Below are positions 12,288-24,586 of a stretch of DNA of 64,000 nt, piece after piece. Position 1 is the stretch's first letter; each line of letters begins with the position of its first letter. The stretch comes from Naegleria gruberi (taxonomy: Eukaryota), in assembly GCA_000004985.1 (NCBI GenBank), contig GG738902.1. The stretch is one strand, 5' to 3'. Under the pieces are notes generated by a model that saw nothing but the letters and a program-made list of their open reading frames with translations, was not told the DNA's origin and searched no databases. Position numbers and translations under genes: made by a program.

Positions 12288-13697
12288 TTAATGATTAAAA
12301 ATAGCAAGTAAAAGTTGAACCCATCCATGATAAGGAGTATCAGATAAATAAAAACTAGTCTTGATCATGAAAAATATCATGGCAGCAGTAAATGTAATGA
12401 AAAATCCCCAAATAAAGAATAATCTTTTTAAAACTGATTTATAATGAGAATCTTCCTTCTTCTTTTCTTCATTTAATTCTTCTTCAACTACTTCTTCTTC
12501 TTCTACTTCTTCTTCATTCTTTTTCTTTCCATTCTTATTTTTATTCTTCTTATTAGTATTTTTAGTATTATTAGTATTACTAGTAATAGTAGTAATATTA
12601 TCAGTATTATTATTAGTATTATTATTATTATCATAATAACCATAATATGGAATTGCAATAAAATAAAAAGATGAAATGACAATAACAAAAGTAGCAATAT
12701 AACCTTCTAAAGCAAAAGACATTCTCATTGAAGGATAAAAGAATGAAATTGAATTTTCTCTTGGATTATATTGATATGGAGGTGGATTTTGTATCATATT
12801 AAATACAGTACCACTCATACATAATATATATGTTAATATACATAATATAAATATCATATATCTAGTACCATTTAATAAATTTTGTAAAGTACTAATACCA
12901 ATTACAAATCCAACAATACAAAATGCAATTAATACAATTTTAGTAATTGATTTTAATGATGAAAAATCAAATAATGGTGATTCATTAGAATGATTATTTT
13001 GTTGTTGATTATGTTGTTGTTGATTATTAGATGATGATGATGAATATTCATTTTTATATTTTAAATATAAATCTTTAATATCATCCATATTAATAAAATC
13101 TTTTAAATTTTCATATAAATCATGATCAGATTGTTTAAAAGCATCTTTAACACATTCCCATAATTGATTTTCTTTTAAATTACAATCATATAATTGATCA
13201 GTATATTTAGATTGTATTGTAACACTTGGTAAATGTGTTAATTTTAATTTTTGAATAACTAATTCTTGTGATTGTGGTGTAAATTCTATTAAAATTCCTT
13301 TCATTTCATTAGTGAATGAATTTACATATTTCTTTAATAAATCTCTATATAATTTACAATGTAAACATTGATGCATTCTTTCTTGTTCTTCAGAAAATGA
13401 TACCAATGTTATTAAATGATGACTATTACGATATTTTCTTAATATATTAATATATTCTTGATAACTTTCTATTTTAATTATATTGTTATCATTATCAATA
13501 TTATCAATATTATCAATATTATTATCATTATCAATATTATCATCATTATCATTATTGGCTAATACAAAATTAGAGAATAATATTAATGATACTAGTAGAA
13601 GGCTAAGAAGGAATATTGTCCTTCTTGTTGTTGTTGTTGTTCTTGTTGTTGATTTGTTCATCTTTATCGTTGTCATGATTGTCGTCATGATTGTCAT
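12288..13697 (-). CDS. OST3/OST6 (TUSC3/MagT1) family oligosaccharyltransferase subunit-like protein. The start is ambiguous between the ATGs at 13697 and 13661; the ORF-track start at 13850 is probably in the 5' leader.
   Basis: Signal or TM segment, a thioredoxin-like region with CLHC (CxxC), then four C-terminal TM helices carrying the family-typical MSGTVFNMIQNPPPY...ISF pattern. Confidence 0.55.
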   Translation of the reverse strand: MTIMTTIMTTIKMNKSTTRTTTTTRRTIFLLSLLLVSLILFSNFVLANNDNDDNIDNDNNIDNIDNIDNDNNIIKIESYQEYINILRKYRNSHHLITLVSFSEEQERMHQCLHCKLYRDLLKKYVNSFTNEMKGILIEFTPQSQELVIQKLKLTHLPSVTIQSKYTDQLYDCNLKENQLWECVKDAFKQSDHDLYENLKDFINMDDIKDLYLKYKNEYSSSSSNNQQQHNQQQNNHSNESPLFDFSSLKSITKIVLIAFCIVGFVIGISTLQNLLNGTRYMIFILCILTYILCMSGTVFNMIQNPPPYQYNPRENSISFFYPSMRMSFALEGYIATFVIVISSFYFIAIPYYGYYDNNNNTNNNTDNITTITSNTNNTKNTNKKNKNKNGKKKNEEEVEEEEVVEEELNEEKKKEDSHYKSVLKRLFFIWGFFITFTAAMIFFMIKTSFYLSDTPYHGWVQLLLAIFNH

Positions 13698-14285
13698 CAA
13701 ATGTGTTTGATGACAAGTTGAATATTTTTTTAAATTAATTTTGTGAAAATGTAAATTAAACTCTAATAAATAGAGAGTGTTTACAATAATGTCTGATTGT
13801 GTCTCAACAAAAAAGTTCGATATTTTGTTGAGACACAATCCCTTCTTCAAAATAAGAACTTTGCTTTTTCTTTTTGTCTCCCAAAATCAGATTGACAAAG
13901 GCTTTTGTTTTCTAGAATTACAACATGTTTATGACCAATTTTGTTAAGTTGGCCAATCTTTTTCGCGATCAACATGAGGTGTTTGATTTGAATATCAACT
14001 TTGTACAGTTTCAAAAGTAAGGCCTATATGTCCTACTGGAAGAAGGTAATTAATTTACCAGCTTGCAGAATCATAAGATCAAAGGAAACATTAAGCAAGG
14101 GATTGGGTATATTGATTGATCCATATAACATTAGATTTTTTTTGCTTGGTAAACACTGTGTCACCTTTGACGCGTATGGAATTTGTTTATTGGTTGGATT
14201 GGTGTTGAAATATGTGCTGAATCATTCAACGAATCCAATATGAATGACTTGTTTTAAAGTAATTATGTAATAATATATTTAATAA

Positions 14286-15404
14286 TTATTTGATTATTTT
14301 ATTTGAAATATCTCCAAGTGCTAGTCTGTTAGATGATTGCTTATTCGAGAGTTTATTAGTTTTGTTTGATTTTTCAATTCCTCTAAAATTATTCTTCTCT
14401 TTTTCTTCCAATTTGTTCAAAGCACCTCTAAATGATAACATACATGCTAAATTAGTATAATAATATGATATTAACTCAAACAAAATAAACATTCCATTTA
14501 CATTTGTCAAATCTATTTTAAGCATTGTCAAAGTTCCACAAGTATCATAGGTAAAACTATATGCGAATGTTTTACAACAAATAAATGAACATACTGATTT
14601 TCTTAATAATCTTGTTGATAATATTGATAACATTATTATTTTGTAAAATTCTTCACAATTAAATGCATCATTCATATTTGAATTTGCAAACATTATGTAA
14701 ACAGCTGAAGTTTCATTAACATTTAAATATATATCAGTATTAATTTTAAGATTATTGCCAAATTCAACACAATAATCAAAATGTAAATTATTTCTTGTAT
14801 TTGTTAATGGTATTAACCATTTCAATCTATATTTAAATAAATCTTCTCTATTATTAATAATTACATTTCGAAAATTGTCAACACATTCTCTTAATTCATC
14901 AGCAGCTTTTCTCCATAATACAACTGGTACTAATTTTGATACTTTACAATATTCACTATTTTTCATTGTTATACATTTAAAGAATATTTGAGCACTATAA
15001 GTGAAATTAAATGTAAAATCATAAAACTGAGTTATACATGTCAAATCATTCTCATCTGCAATAAATTTCAAAATTGTTTCAAATTCCTTTGTATATTTGG
15101 AAGGATAATTGGTTAAAAGTCGTGAAACTAAACTATATTTACTAGCATAATGATTAATATCATACAATGATCTACAATACGTTTTTACAACTTCAAGCCA
15201 ACCTTCAATATTATCATCAACCATTGGACTTTCTTTTTGGAAATAAACTTGTAAACTACAGCCTTTAAATTGTTCTTCCAACATTCCTATAAAATATTCA
15301 GTGTTATTATTATAGCTATTAACATGTTCATTATTAACAGTTAAGGTTGTTGTTGTTGTTGTTAATAGACTATTATTCATTTCACTGGCTGATTGTGCTT
15401 TCAT
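14286..15404 (-). CDS. Hypothetical protein of 372 aa.
   Basis: Uninterrupted ORF with local codon usage. I recognise no domain. Confidence 0.4.
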   Translation of the reverse strand: MKAQSASEMNNSLLTTTTTTLTVNNEHVNSYNNNTEYFIGMLEEQFKGCSLQVYFQKESPMVDDNIEGWLEVVKTYCRSLYDINHYASKYSLVSRLLTNYPSKYTKEFETILKFIADENDLTCITQFYDFTFNFTYSAQIFFKCITMKNSEYCKVSKLVPVVLWRKAADELRECVDNFRNVIINNREDLFKYRLKWLIPLTNTRNNLHFDYCVEFGNNLKINTDIYLNVNETSAVYIMFANSNMNDAFNCEEFYKIIMLSILSTRLLRKSVCSFICCKTFAYSFTYDTCGTLTMLKIDLTNVNGMFILFELISYYYTNLACMLSFRGALNKLEEKEKNNFRGIEKSNKTNKLSNKQSSNRLALGDISNKIIK

Positions 15405-15603
15405 TTTTTTAAAAAATTTTGGCGGGAATAAGGATTGAAATAAGGCGTTTGCGAGGATTGTGAGAATTTATTGTTTCAAGGGGTTGAAATGAATGGAAAA
15501 ATAAGTTATTCATGTGAGTTGTAAAATGTCTCAATAGTGTTGAAGTTCCTCCTTAATAAAATTTCACACAATTTTATTATACATACTTGAATGAAAAATA
15601 AAT

Positions 15604-18328
15604 TTAATTAAAATCTTGGATATACTTTTTAAATTCGTACAAGATTTTCTGAGTGGCAATAATACTTGAACGGAAAGGAGGATTATCACCATAACATAAT
15701 GATACAATTTTTGTAAATCTAGTATAATATAAAACAAGTTGTGAAAATGCTTTTTGTAAAATTTCCTTTCCAGTATTAAAATTTGAAAAGTTTTGAAGTA
15801 CATTTGAATTAATATGTGAAATTCCTTGTTTCCAATTTTTATCAAAATCTTTGGCAATATTTTCCATTTCAGCACAATCTACTTTGGCTCTATTTTGTAC
15901 AAAATTCTTATTTAAATCAATTGTTTCATTATTTCCATTATTATTTGAATTATTTGAATTATTATTTAAATTATTTAAAGATAATTTTGGTTCAGTTGAT
16001 TGAATAAAATTAATCATATTACCATAACATTCAGATAATTCAGATTCAATATATTGATCAACTTGTTTAACAAGTAATTTTTGAATATGTAAACCATCAG
16101 AAACTTCAATTTTAGATTGCATAAATTGATGTACAATTAAATCATATGAATTAATTAAAAAAACTTGTTTCTTTTTAAATTGTTTTGTAGTGAAAATCTT
16201 TTCAGAAATTAAAATTAATTGTTTAAGAATTAAATCACGACATGTTAATAATTGTTCTTCAACTTGTTGTTTAAATTTAGTTGGATTTTCCTTATTTAAT
16301 AAATGAATAGAACATGAAAATTCAGCAAATCTTTTAGCAAGAGTATGTGAATCTTTTTCTTTTGAAATTAATTGATCAATTTTTGATTCTCTAATTGAAT
16401 TTAAATTTAATTCAAATAATTCAAATAATTTAGGAGTTAAAATTGAATGAACTTGATCAAAATAAGAATCTAAAACTTTCATATTTCTCTTTTCCATTAA
16501 ACTTGAAAATAAATAATTTAATCTAATCATTAATAAAATACCAATACAATCAAATGATGATGATATAAATTGTATCCATGTATCTTTTAATAATTGTAAT
16601 GATTTTGAAAATAATGATTCAAACATTTGTTCATTATTAAAAAAATCCAATGTAAATATATATTCAGATGTTGCTGTATTAATTAATAATATATGAACAG
16701 ATCTAAATATTTCTTCCATATATAATTTCTTATTTTGTTCAATTAAAACACGTACTACAAGTGGTGAATTTAAATCTGTTGCATTTTCTAATACATTTAA
16801 ACGTTCACCTAATGTAAAAACAGATCTATTCATATCTTTAACTGATGATTCAGATGATTTTGAACCTAATCCAACTGTATTTGCTAACATATTAGTTGTA
16901 TATGAAAGTGGATTAATAACTGTTATATTTGTTATATTATTTAATAATGATTGTGTTGGTTCAATAATTAAACTTTGTCTTGTTCCTACTTTTTGTTCTA
17001 ATTTCAATAGAGAAACTAGATAAGTTTTAAAACTATTAAAATAATATCTACCAATTATATCATCATAAATTGAAATTAATTCTTCACCTGTTTGTGGTGA
17101 ATATTTTGAAACAAAATCAAAATAATACTTTTTTTTCAATAATAATTGTTTGATAAATTGAGTATTAGTTTTAGGCTTTTTCAATTCATTCAATTGTTGT
17201 AATAAATAACTTCTAACTTTGCTAACTGATTTGGTACATAACTTGTCTAAAATAGGTAATACATCATCACAAGCTTTAATTGGTCTTTTAACTTGACTTT
17301 GAATTGAATCAATATAATCTTTCTTTTCATCAAGTGTTAATAAATGTTCCAAATAGGTATCTGTTACATTATCATCACATACTCTTTTAGTTAATTCAGG
17401 TGGAATTACAATTTTATCTACAAATGTTGATAATTTTTGTTGAGCTGTTTCTCTATTACGTTTTTTAATATTCATTGTAAATGATTGATCTCTCAATGAT
17501 TTAATTTCTTCACTAATATTACCAAGTGATCCTTGGAAATTTTGTAACATATTTTCCATCTTTTCTAATACATTATCACATTGTTGTAATTGAATATGAA
17601 GATCTGCTAATCTTTCACTTTCTTCCAAGTCTTTTTTATTATTATTAGTATATTATTAGTATTAGTATTATTAGTATATTAGAATAGCATTATTAGAAAT
17701 AGTATTATTATTAGATTATTATTAGTATTAGAATAGTATTAGAAATAGTATTCGAATACATTTAATAGTATTATTAGTGTAAAGATGTTATTGTTATCAT
17801 CATCATTATGATTATTGTAAATATTAAATAATTGAAAATAAAAAACATACAATCATCAATAGATTGAGTTTCAATTTTACGTAAATCATCTTCGATATGT
17901 TTAGAATATTCTCTCAAATCAACACCATCTTGAATAGCCTTTTGTACTAATTCATCTTGAACAAATTCATTTAAATCAATACCATCTAAATCACTAATTA
18001 ATTCTTCAAAATCATCATTAGTAATATCTAAATCATTAACATCAAAATTAATTTCACTTTCTCCAATAATACTTGTTGTACCATCTCTGATAGAGGTAGG
18101 TGATGCCAAGCCTTGTTGTTGATGATCTAAATGATGTTGTTTAGAATCAGCACTTGCATTAGAAATTGAACGTCTATCTCTTGTATTAATTGTTGGTTGT
18201 TGTTGTTGTTGTTCTTCATCTTCATCAAATAATAATCCTGAAAATAAATTCCGACGTTTTTTATTATCAACTCCACCACGACCAAAGAAATTCATCACCT
18301 GACCAGTGTACTTGAGTGTTGTGTCCAT
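15604..18328 (-). CDS. vps52: Vps52 (GARP complex subunit). Exons join(15604..17630, 17851..18328). The 220-bp intron consists of (tattag)n-like degenerate repeats.
   Basis: Exon 1 (ELISDLDGIDLNEFVQDELVQKAIQDGVDLREYSKHIEDDLRKIETQSIDD) and exon 2 (YLEESERLADLHIQLQQCDNVLEKMENMLQNFQGSLGNISEEIKSLRDQS...) align residue-for-residue with the Vps52 N-terminus. The phase-1 GTATGT/AG junction restores ...SIDDYLEESE... Confidence 0.8.
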
Positions 18329-18555
18329 TTTCTCTCTCTAATTAAACAACTGCAAACAATTGCAAGTGTTGTTGTGTTTGATGGATGATTTTTTTTTATT
18401 ATTTTTTAAATAAAATCTCAAAGTTATGACATCTATCGGATGATAAGTCGAATTGTCCTTCTTCAAAGTAAACTTTTGATTTTCATGTAAAAGATCAAAT
18501 GGTTTCTTGTAAATTTGACAAATAATGTTTAATTTATTAAATTTATATTAAAAAA

Positions 18556-19341
<786 letters not shown>

Positions 19342-19410
19342 AAAATCAATCAACTGAAGCTTTTGAGATTCAATAATATAAAGAATTAGAGTGGAAAGAA
19401 TAATTATGAT

Positions 19411-22400
19411 TTATTCATGTTTAAATTTAGTTGTAAAATAAGGAATTACAATATCATTATTTTCCTGATCAAATACAAATGAATGAACACACTTTTTCCA
19501 AGTAATTGCAGAATGTTTAAACTTTGAATTTCTAATAAATTTGTAAAACTTGTAAAGTAAAATAGAAGCACATTCAATTGCAAAAGTAATAAAAATATTT
19601 AAAATTAAAACACATAAAATAAAAACCTTCAATAAAACATAATTCTTATATTGAACTGCATATTGATCAGTTTCAATATAATCAACACCACCTGTTTTAA
19701 CATAGGCTTCATAATTAGCAATTGAATCTGTAAATAAATTTGTAATACTAAAAATATCTGAAATTTTCATATCAAGTGGATAAGCTGGAAATGGATTTAA
19801 AATAATAAAATCAGTTACAAATAATAAAAACCAACCAATCCAAAATATTCTATTTTTTAAAGATTGTTTAATTGATTGTAATAAAGAATGTGTTCTATAA
19901 TAATATGTTAATTGATATGATAAAGCAATTGCTAAATATTGAAAATTTGTAAATTGAAATATTAAACCTTGTTGCATTTGAATATAAGGTGAATGGAATA
20001 AAAATAAAATTAATATAAATACACATGATTGATAGACTACTTGAAATAATACTGTAAATAGTAATTGGAATCTAATAATAGATTTAGATGGTCTATATTT
20101 AGTATTTGATTTACTTTCTACTACTGAATTAAATGATAATAAAACAGGTAATAATAATCCTTTAAATATATGTGTATATATACTCATTACTTCACTTATA
20201 TCATATCCATATATAATAACATCATGACATGTTATAATAAATTGTAAATAAATATAAATTAATATAAATTTAGTATTAATATGAATCTTATCAAGCATTA
20301 ATTGTGCAATAGATATTAAATTTGTTACAATATGTTTACCTTTACCTTCACTTGTTGAATTGTTAAGAGAGGATGTAGTATGAATATTATGAATATTATT
20401 TGAATTATTTGAATTATTTGAATTGTTAATATTAGTTGTATTTGATTTTTCATTTTCATCTTGGAAACGATGATAATAAGTATCAGAATATTCATTATTA
20501 TTATTACTATTACTATTTGTATTCATTATGGTCAATTCATTATTAATGGATAAAGATGATGTTACATTCTTCTTCTTCTTTGAATGTTTTGATTTTTTTA
20601 AAGATGATGATTGACCAATAATATAATCCAATGGAACAGTGAATTGAGCAGCATATGAATGTTCATAATTTGAACGTTTTGAATTGCTATTATTATTATT
20701 AGAAATAATATTAGTTGAATTATTAAATTGTTTAGAAATGAAAAGAGAAGCATCAGAACAATTCATTGCAATTGAATCATTACTTCCATCACCAATCATA
20801 CAAACAATATAATTTAAATATTGTCTAAAATCTGAAACTAAATTTCCCTTTTGATTTGGAGACATTTCTGTATAAATATGACATAAACATAATAATTGTG
20901 AATAATAAGGTAATAATTCATCATGTGTATGATAAATATTTGAAATTAATTGATTTCTTAAGTAATGAAATGCTTCACCTGTCATTGCAAGTGCAATCTT
21001 TTTTTGATTATGACTTGAAGATACACTATTCATAATACTTTTAAATTTGTTTTTAGATTTAACAGTATTATGCTCCATTATATTAGAATCATCTTCTTCA
21101 TCTTCTTCTTCTTCTTCTTCTTCTATTGTTCCATTGTTATTACTAGTCATTTCATTATTAGAAGTAGTAGTTGTAAATTTAGATGTTTTAATACTTGTTA
21201 ATTTACCATAATCAAAATTAGAAATATTTAAACATTTCCATTCTATTGAATTATTTTCATAAAAAGCACAATAAACTTGTTGAATATCTGAATCAATCAT
21301 ACCACATTCTTTAGCAGTGTATAAACTAGTATAAATATTATCACCTGTAATCATTTTAGATTTAATAAAATGACCATCTTCTAATTGTTTAATTTCAGAT
21401 TGTACAAAATTATACATGTTATTTTTTAATAAAATAAAACCAATAAATTCCAAATTATTTTCAATTTCATTTCTATTTTCAAAATTAATTGAATTAAAAT
21501 TCTTATAAAAATCAGAATTATTAATAATTTTCATTGACATGGCTAGAATTTTAAAACCTTGTAAACCATAATGTTTAACAACTTGATCATAATCTTGTGG
21601 TATATTTTTACATAGAGATTTAATACTTGATGGACTACCTTTACAATAAATAATATAATTTGTAAAATTATTAACTAGAACAGATTGTCTTTGTAATTCA
21701 GATGTGAATGGATAATTTTTTAAAACTTGTAATGTACCTCTTTCACTAAATATATTTGGAGGTATTAATGTAAATAAATTTGAATCTTGAATTGATCTTT
21801 TTAATTCATATTTTGTAAATTCTAACATTGATTGATCAATTACATCTCCTATTAAAATATTTGTATTTGAATCTTTATCAAATTTTGTATGTAAATTATG
21901 ACATGATGCTAATAAATTTAGAATATTTTCATTAATATATTTTAAATTACTTGTTGGTTTAAATAAATTATCCAATGTTAATATTCCATATATAGACATG
22001 TTAGATTCTACCAATGTACCTGTTTTATCATAACATACTAAATCAATTAATCCAAATTTAAATAAACTTGAATCAACACTTTGAATTGATTTTATACAAT
22101 TTTTATATAATAATCTATTTGTTAAAATCATTGGTAATGTTACAATTATAAATGTAAAATAAGGTGGAATACAATTTATAAATATATATACTATTGTATA
22201 AAATGAATCTAATGAATTTTCAACTGGATCTAATTCTGTATTATATAATATTTCATCACGATGATTAAATTTCTCTGCATAATTATGATATTCCAATGTT
22301 GTAAAGTATAATATTAATATAATAATAGAAATAAAAGCTAATATTACTAATGTATAAGTGAGAGATAATAAATCACTCATATAATTATTGGTTTTTTGCG

Positions 22401-23946
22401 AATTGGAATCTCTTCTCGCATTACTTAATAAAATATTACGAATAATTTTACCTTTCACTGTATGAAATCCTGTTTTAATAACAAGTGCTTTAATTAATTG
22501 TCCTTCTTCATTATTATTACTACTATTTGAATTATTATTATTATTATTGATAGTTGTAGTATTAGATTGATGAATGGTAGTAGTACTATTATCATTTGTA
22601 TTGTTGCTGTTATTATTAATATTATTATTAGTAGTAGTAGTAGTAGCAGTTTGTTTTTCACGTACAATACGAGTACCACCCACAAGAACATTATATTGAT
22701 CAATAGTTGTTTGTCCAGTAACATTCTTATTATTATTCATGTTATTATTCATATTACCATTATTCATATTATTATTCATATTCATATTCACATTATTAAA
22801 TAAAGGTATTTTATGTGAAAGTTCAGTATCACCAGTTAAAGAAGATTCATCACATAAAATGTGTGAATTTGTTGATAATAAAATACAATCACATGGAATG
22901 GTAGTAACATTATTTAAAATGATAACATCACCTGGTACTAAATTACTGCTTCCAACCATATAAATTTGACCATCTCTTAAAACTCTAATTTCACTTGTAT
23001 ATTCATAAGATAGAGATAATTCCTTTTTAACTTTTTTAGAAATATGTCTATAGGGATGTACTTTAATAGCACAAATAAAAGTTAAAAAAACACAAACAGC
23101 ATGAATAAATCCATAAATATATTGTTGTCTAATAATAAATAAAAATAATAAAGTTAAAAATTGAAATGGATAAAATAAATTTGTCAATTCATTCTTAATA
23201 ACAGAAATAAAACTTGTTTGTTTAATATGAATAAAATTATTACCAAATAAAAATAATCTATTTAAATGTGTTAAATTATCTAATCCATTATTAATAGTTT
23301 TACTTTTATATTCATTTAATATTAATTGTAATGGTAAATGATCAATTAAAGTAAATTGATTTGATTCTTTTAAATAAATATATCTTTGATATTTATATTC
23401 AAATAATATAAATTCACTTTTTAATTTGGAAATGTAAATCTTTTTTAATAAACATAATTTATATTCTCCATTATTAAATATTAATACATATTTACATTCA
23501 TTAACATTTAATGTTTTCTTATATTTAATATTACATTTAACTCTTTCATTCATTAAAAAATGTATCATTCCCAATGTTATTATATTTAATAGTATATATA
23601 TTATTGAATGGTATTTACTTTTTTGATACATTGTTATAGTCATATTATTTAAAGATAATGTACTTGGATTAGTTGTCATGGATTGATGTTTAAATGTTGT
23701 ATCATTATTTTGTTGTTGTTTAAATGATCCTAAGGCTGATTCATAATAATAGGGTACAGAGGTTGATGATGGTAAATGATCATTTACTATGGTGGTGTTG
23801 GTTGGTGAAGTGTTTCTTCTTTTAACGGAGAGTGTAGAAGCACTTCTTCCATTATTATTATTATTAATGTTGTCATTGTTTCCATTATTAATATCCACTT
23901 CTAGTAGTGGTACAGATAGTTGATTATTTTGTGTTGATTTTCTCAT
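19411..23946 (-). CDS. P-type cation-transporting ATPase, P5-like and large, with poly-Asn insertions. Single long exon of 1511 aa.
   Basis: Phosphorylation motif DKTGTL, hinge GDGSND and ITGDN, and multiple TM helices at both ends. Confidence 0.8.
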   Translation of the reverse strand: MRKSTQNNQLSVPLLEVDINNGNNDNINNNNNGRSASTLSVKRRNTSPTNTTIVNDHLPSSTSVPYYYESALGSFKQQQNNDTTFKHQSMTTNPSTLSLNNMTITMYQKSKYHSIIYILLNIITLGMIHFLMNERVKCNIKYKKTLNVNECKYVLIFNNGEYKLCLLKKIYISKLKSEFILFEYKYQRYIYLKESNQFTLIDHLPLQLILNEYKSKTINNGLDNLTHLNRLFLFGNNFIHIKQTSFISVIKNELTNLFYPFQFLTLLFLFIIRQQYIYGFIHAVCVFLTFICAIKVHPYRHISKKVKKELSLSYEYTSEIRVLRDGQIYMVGSSNLVPGDVIILNNVTTIPCDCILLSTNSHILCDESSLTGDTELSHKIPLFNNVNMNMNNNMNNGNMNNNMNNNKNVTGQTTIDQYNVLVGGTRIVREKQTATTTTTNNNINNNSNNTNDNSTTTIHQSNTTTINNNNNNSNSSNNNEEGQLIKALVIKTGFHTVKGKIIRNILLSNARRDSNSQKTNNYMSDLLSLTYTLVILAFISIIILILYFTTLEYHNYAEKFNHRDEILYNTELDPVENSLDSFYTIVYIFINCIPPYFTFIIVTLPMILTNRLLYKNCIKSIQSVDSSLFKFGLIDLVCYDKTGTLVESNMSIYGILTLDNLFKPTSNLKYINENILNLLASCHNLHTKFDKDSNTNILIGDVIDQSMLEFTKYELKRSIQDSNLFTLIPPNIFSERGTLQVLKNYPFTSELQRQSVLVNNFTNYIIYCKGSPSSIKSLCKNIPQDYDQVVKHYGLQGFKILAMSMKIINNSDFYKNFNSINFENRNEIENNLEFIGFILLKNNMYNFVQSEIKQLEDGHFIKSKMITGDNIYTSLYTAKECGMIDSDIQQVYCAFYENNSIEWKCLNISNFDYGKLTSIKTSKFTTTTSNNEMTSNNNGTIEEEEEEEDEEDDSNIMEHNTVKSKNKFKSIMNSVSSSHNQKKIALAMTGEAFHYLRNQLISNIYHTHDELLPYYSQLLCLCHIYTEMSPNQKGNLVSDFRQYLNYIVCMIGDGSNDSIAMNCSDASLFISKQFNNSTNIISNNNNSNSKRSNYEHSYAAQFTVPLDYIIGQSSSLKKSKHSKKKKNVTSSLSINNELTIMNTNSNSNNNNEYSDTYYHRFQDENEKSNTTNINNSNNSNNSNNIHNIHTTSSLNNSTSEGKGKHIVTNLISIAQLMLDKIHINTKFILIYIYLQFIITCHDVIIYGYDISEVMSIYTHIFKGLLLPVLLSFNSVVESKSNTKYRPSKSIIRFQLLFTVLFQVVYQSCVFILILFLFHSPYIQMQQGLIFQFTNFQYLAIALSYQLTYYYRTHSLLQSIKQSLKNRIFWIGWFLLFVTDFIILNPFPAYPLDMKISDIFSITNLFTDSIANYEAYVKTGGVDYIETDQYAVQYKNYVLLKVFILCVLILNIFITFAIECASILLYKFYKFIRNSKFKHSAITWKKCVHSFVFDQENNDIVIPYFTTKFKHE

Positions 23947-24586
23947 AACTTCACTTTTATATATTACTAATTATTATTATTATAATTATAATAGGATGAG
24001 GTTGTTAATAATAGTTTTTAATTATTATTCAACACTGTGCTGCTAGTCTCTAATCACACCACCACTAATACTACTATAATGTTAATGATGATGATGATGA
24101 TGGAATAGAGGAGAGAAATGCGTGCAGCAAGAGAGATGAAGGCTAGCTGTGGTGGGATTTTCAAACAATTTTTAAAGATGAAATTTTATGATTACGATTA
24201 TTGTGCTGATTATCGTTACCACTTGATTTTTGGATAACCTACCATGACTGACGGTCTTCTCTCATCATATTCTGGATTGAACATCATGATTATGAAATTA
24301 ATTTAACAATTCTTTTATTGATGTTCTTATAATTGTCCTCTTTGATTATTAGTTGATGATAACATGTTGCATTCGAATGAGATATTTGATGCAGAAGATG
24401 AGGTTAAAAGTGATGGAATCAATTTACGAATTTGATAAGGAATTACTTCCTTGCGTAGATAGTAACTCCACACTTCAAAACAACAAGTTTTTCATCTCAT
24501 ATGAGTGTATTAATAGCAATTACAAAGTGTGCTAATTGATGATGAAATTTTCAAAGGCTTTGATAAACAAGTGAAGCCTTAAAAAA

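Noticed and set aside
24353-24535. 60-aa ORF upstream of the RING gene
   Set aside because: No donor site links it in frame to the RING CDS. It is likely a 5'-leader ORF or noise.
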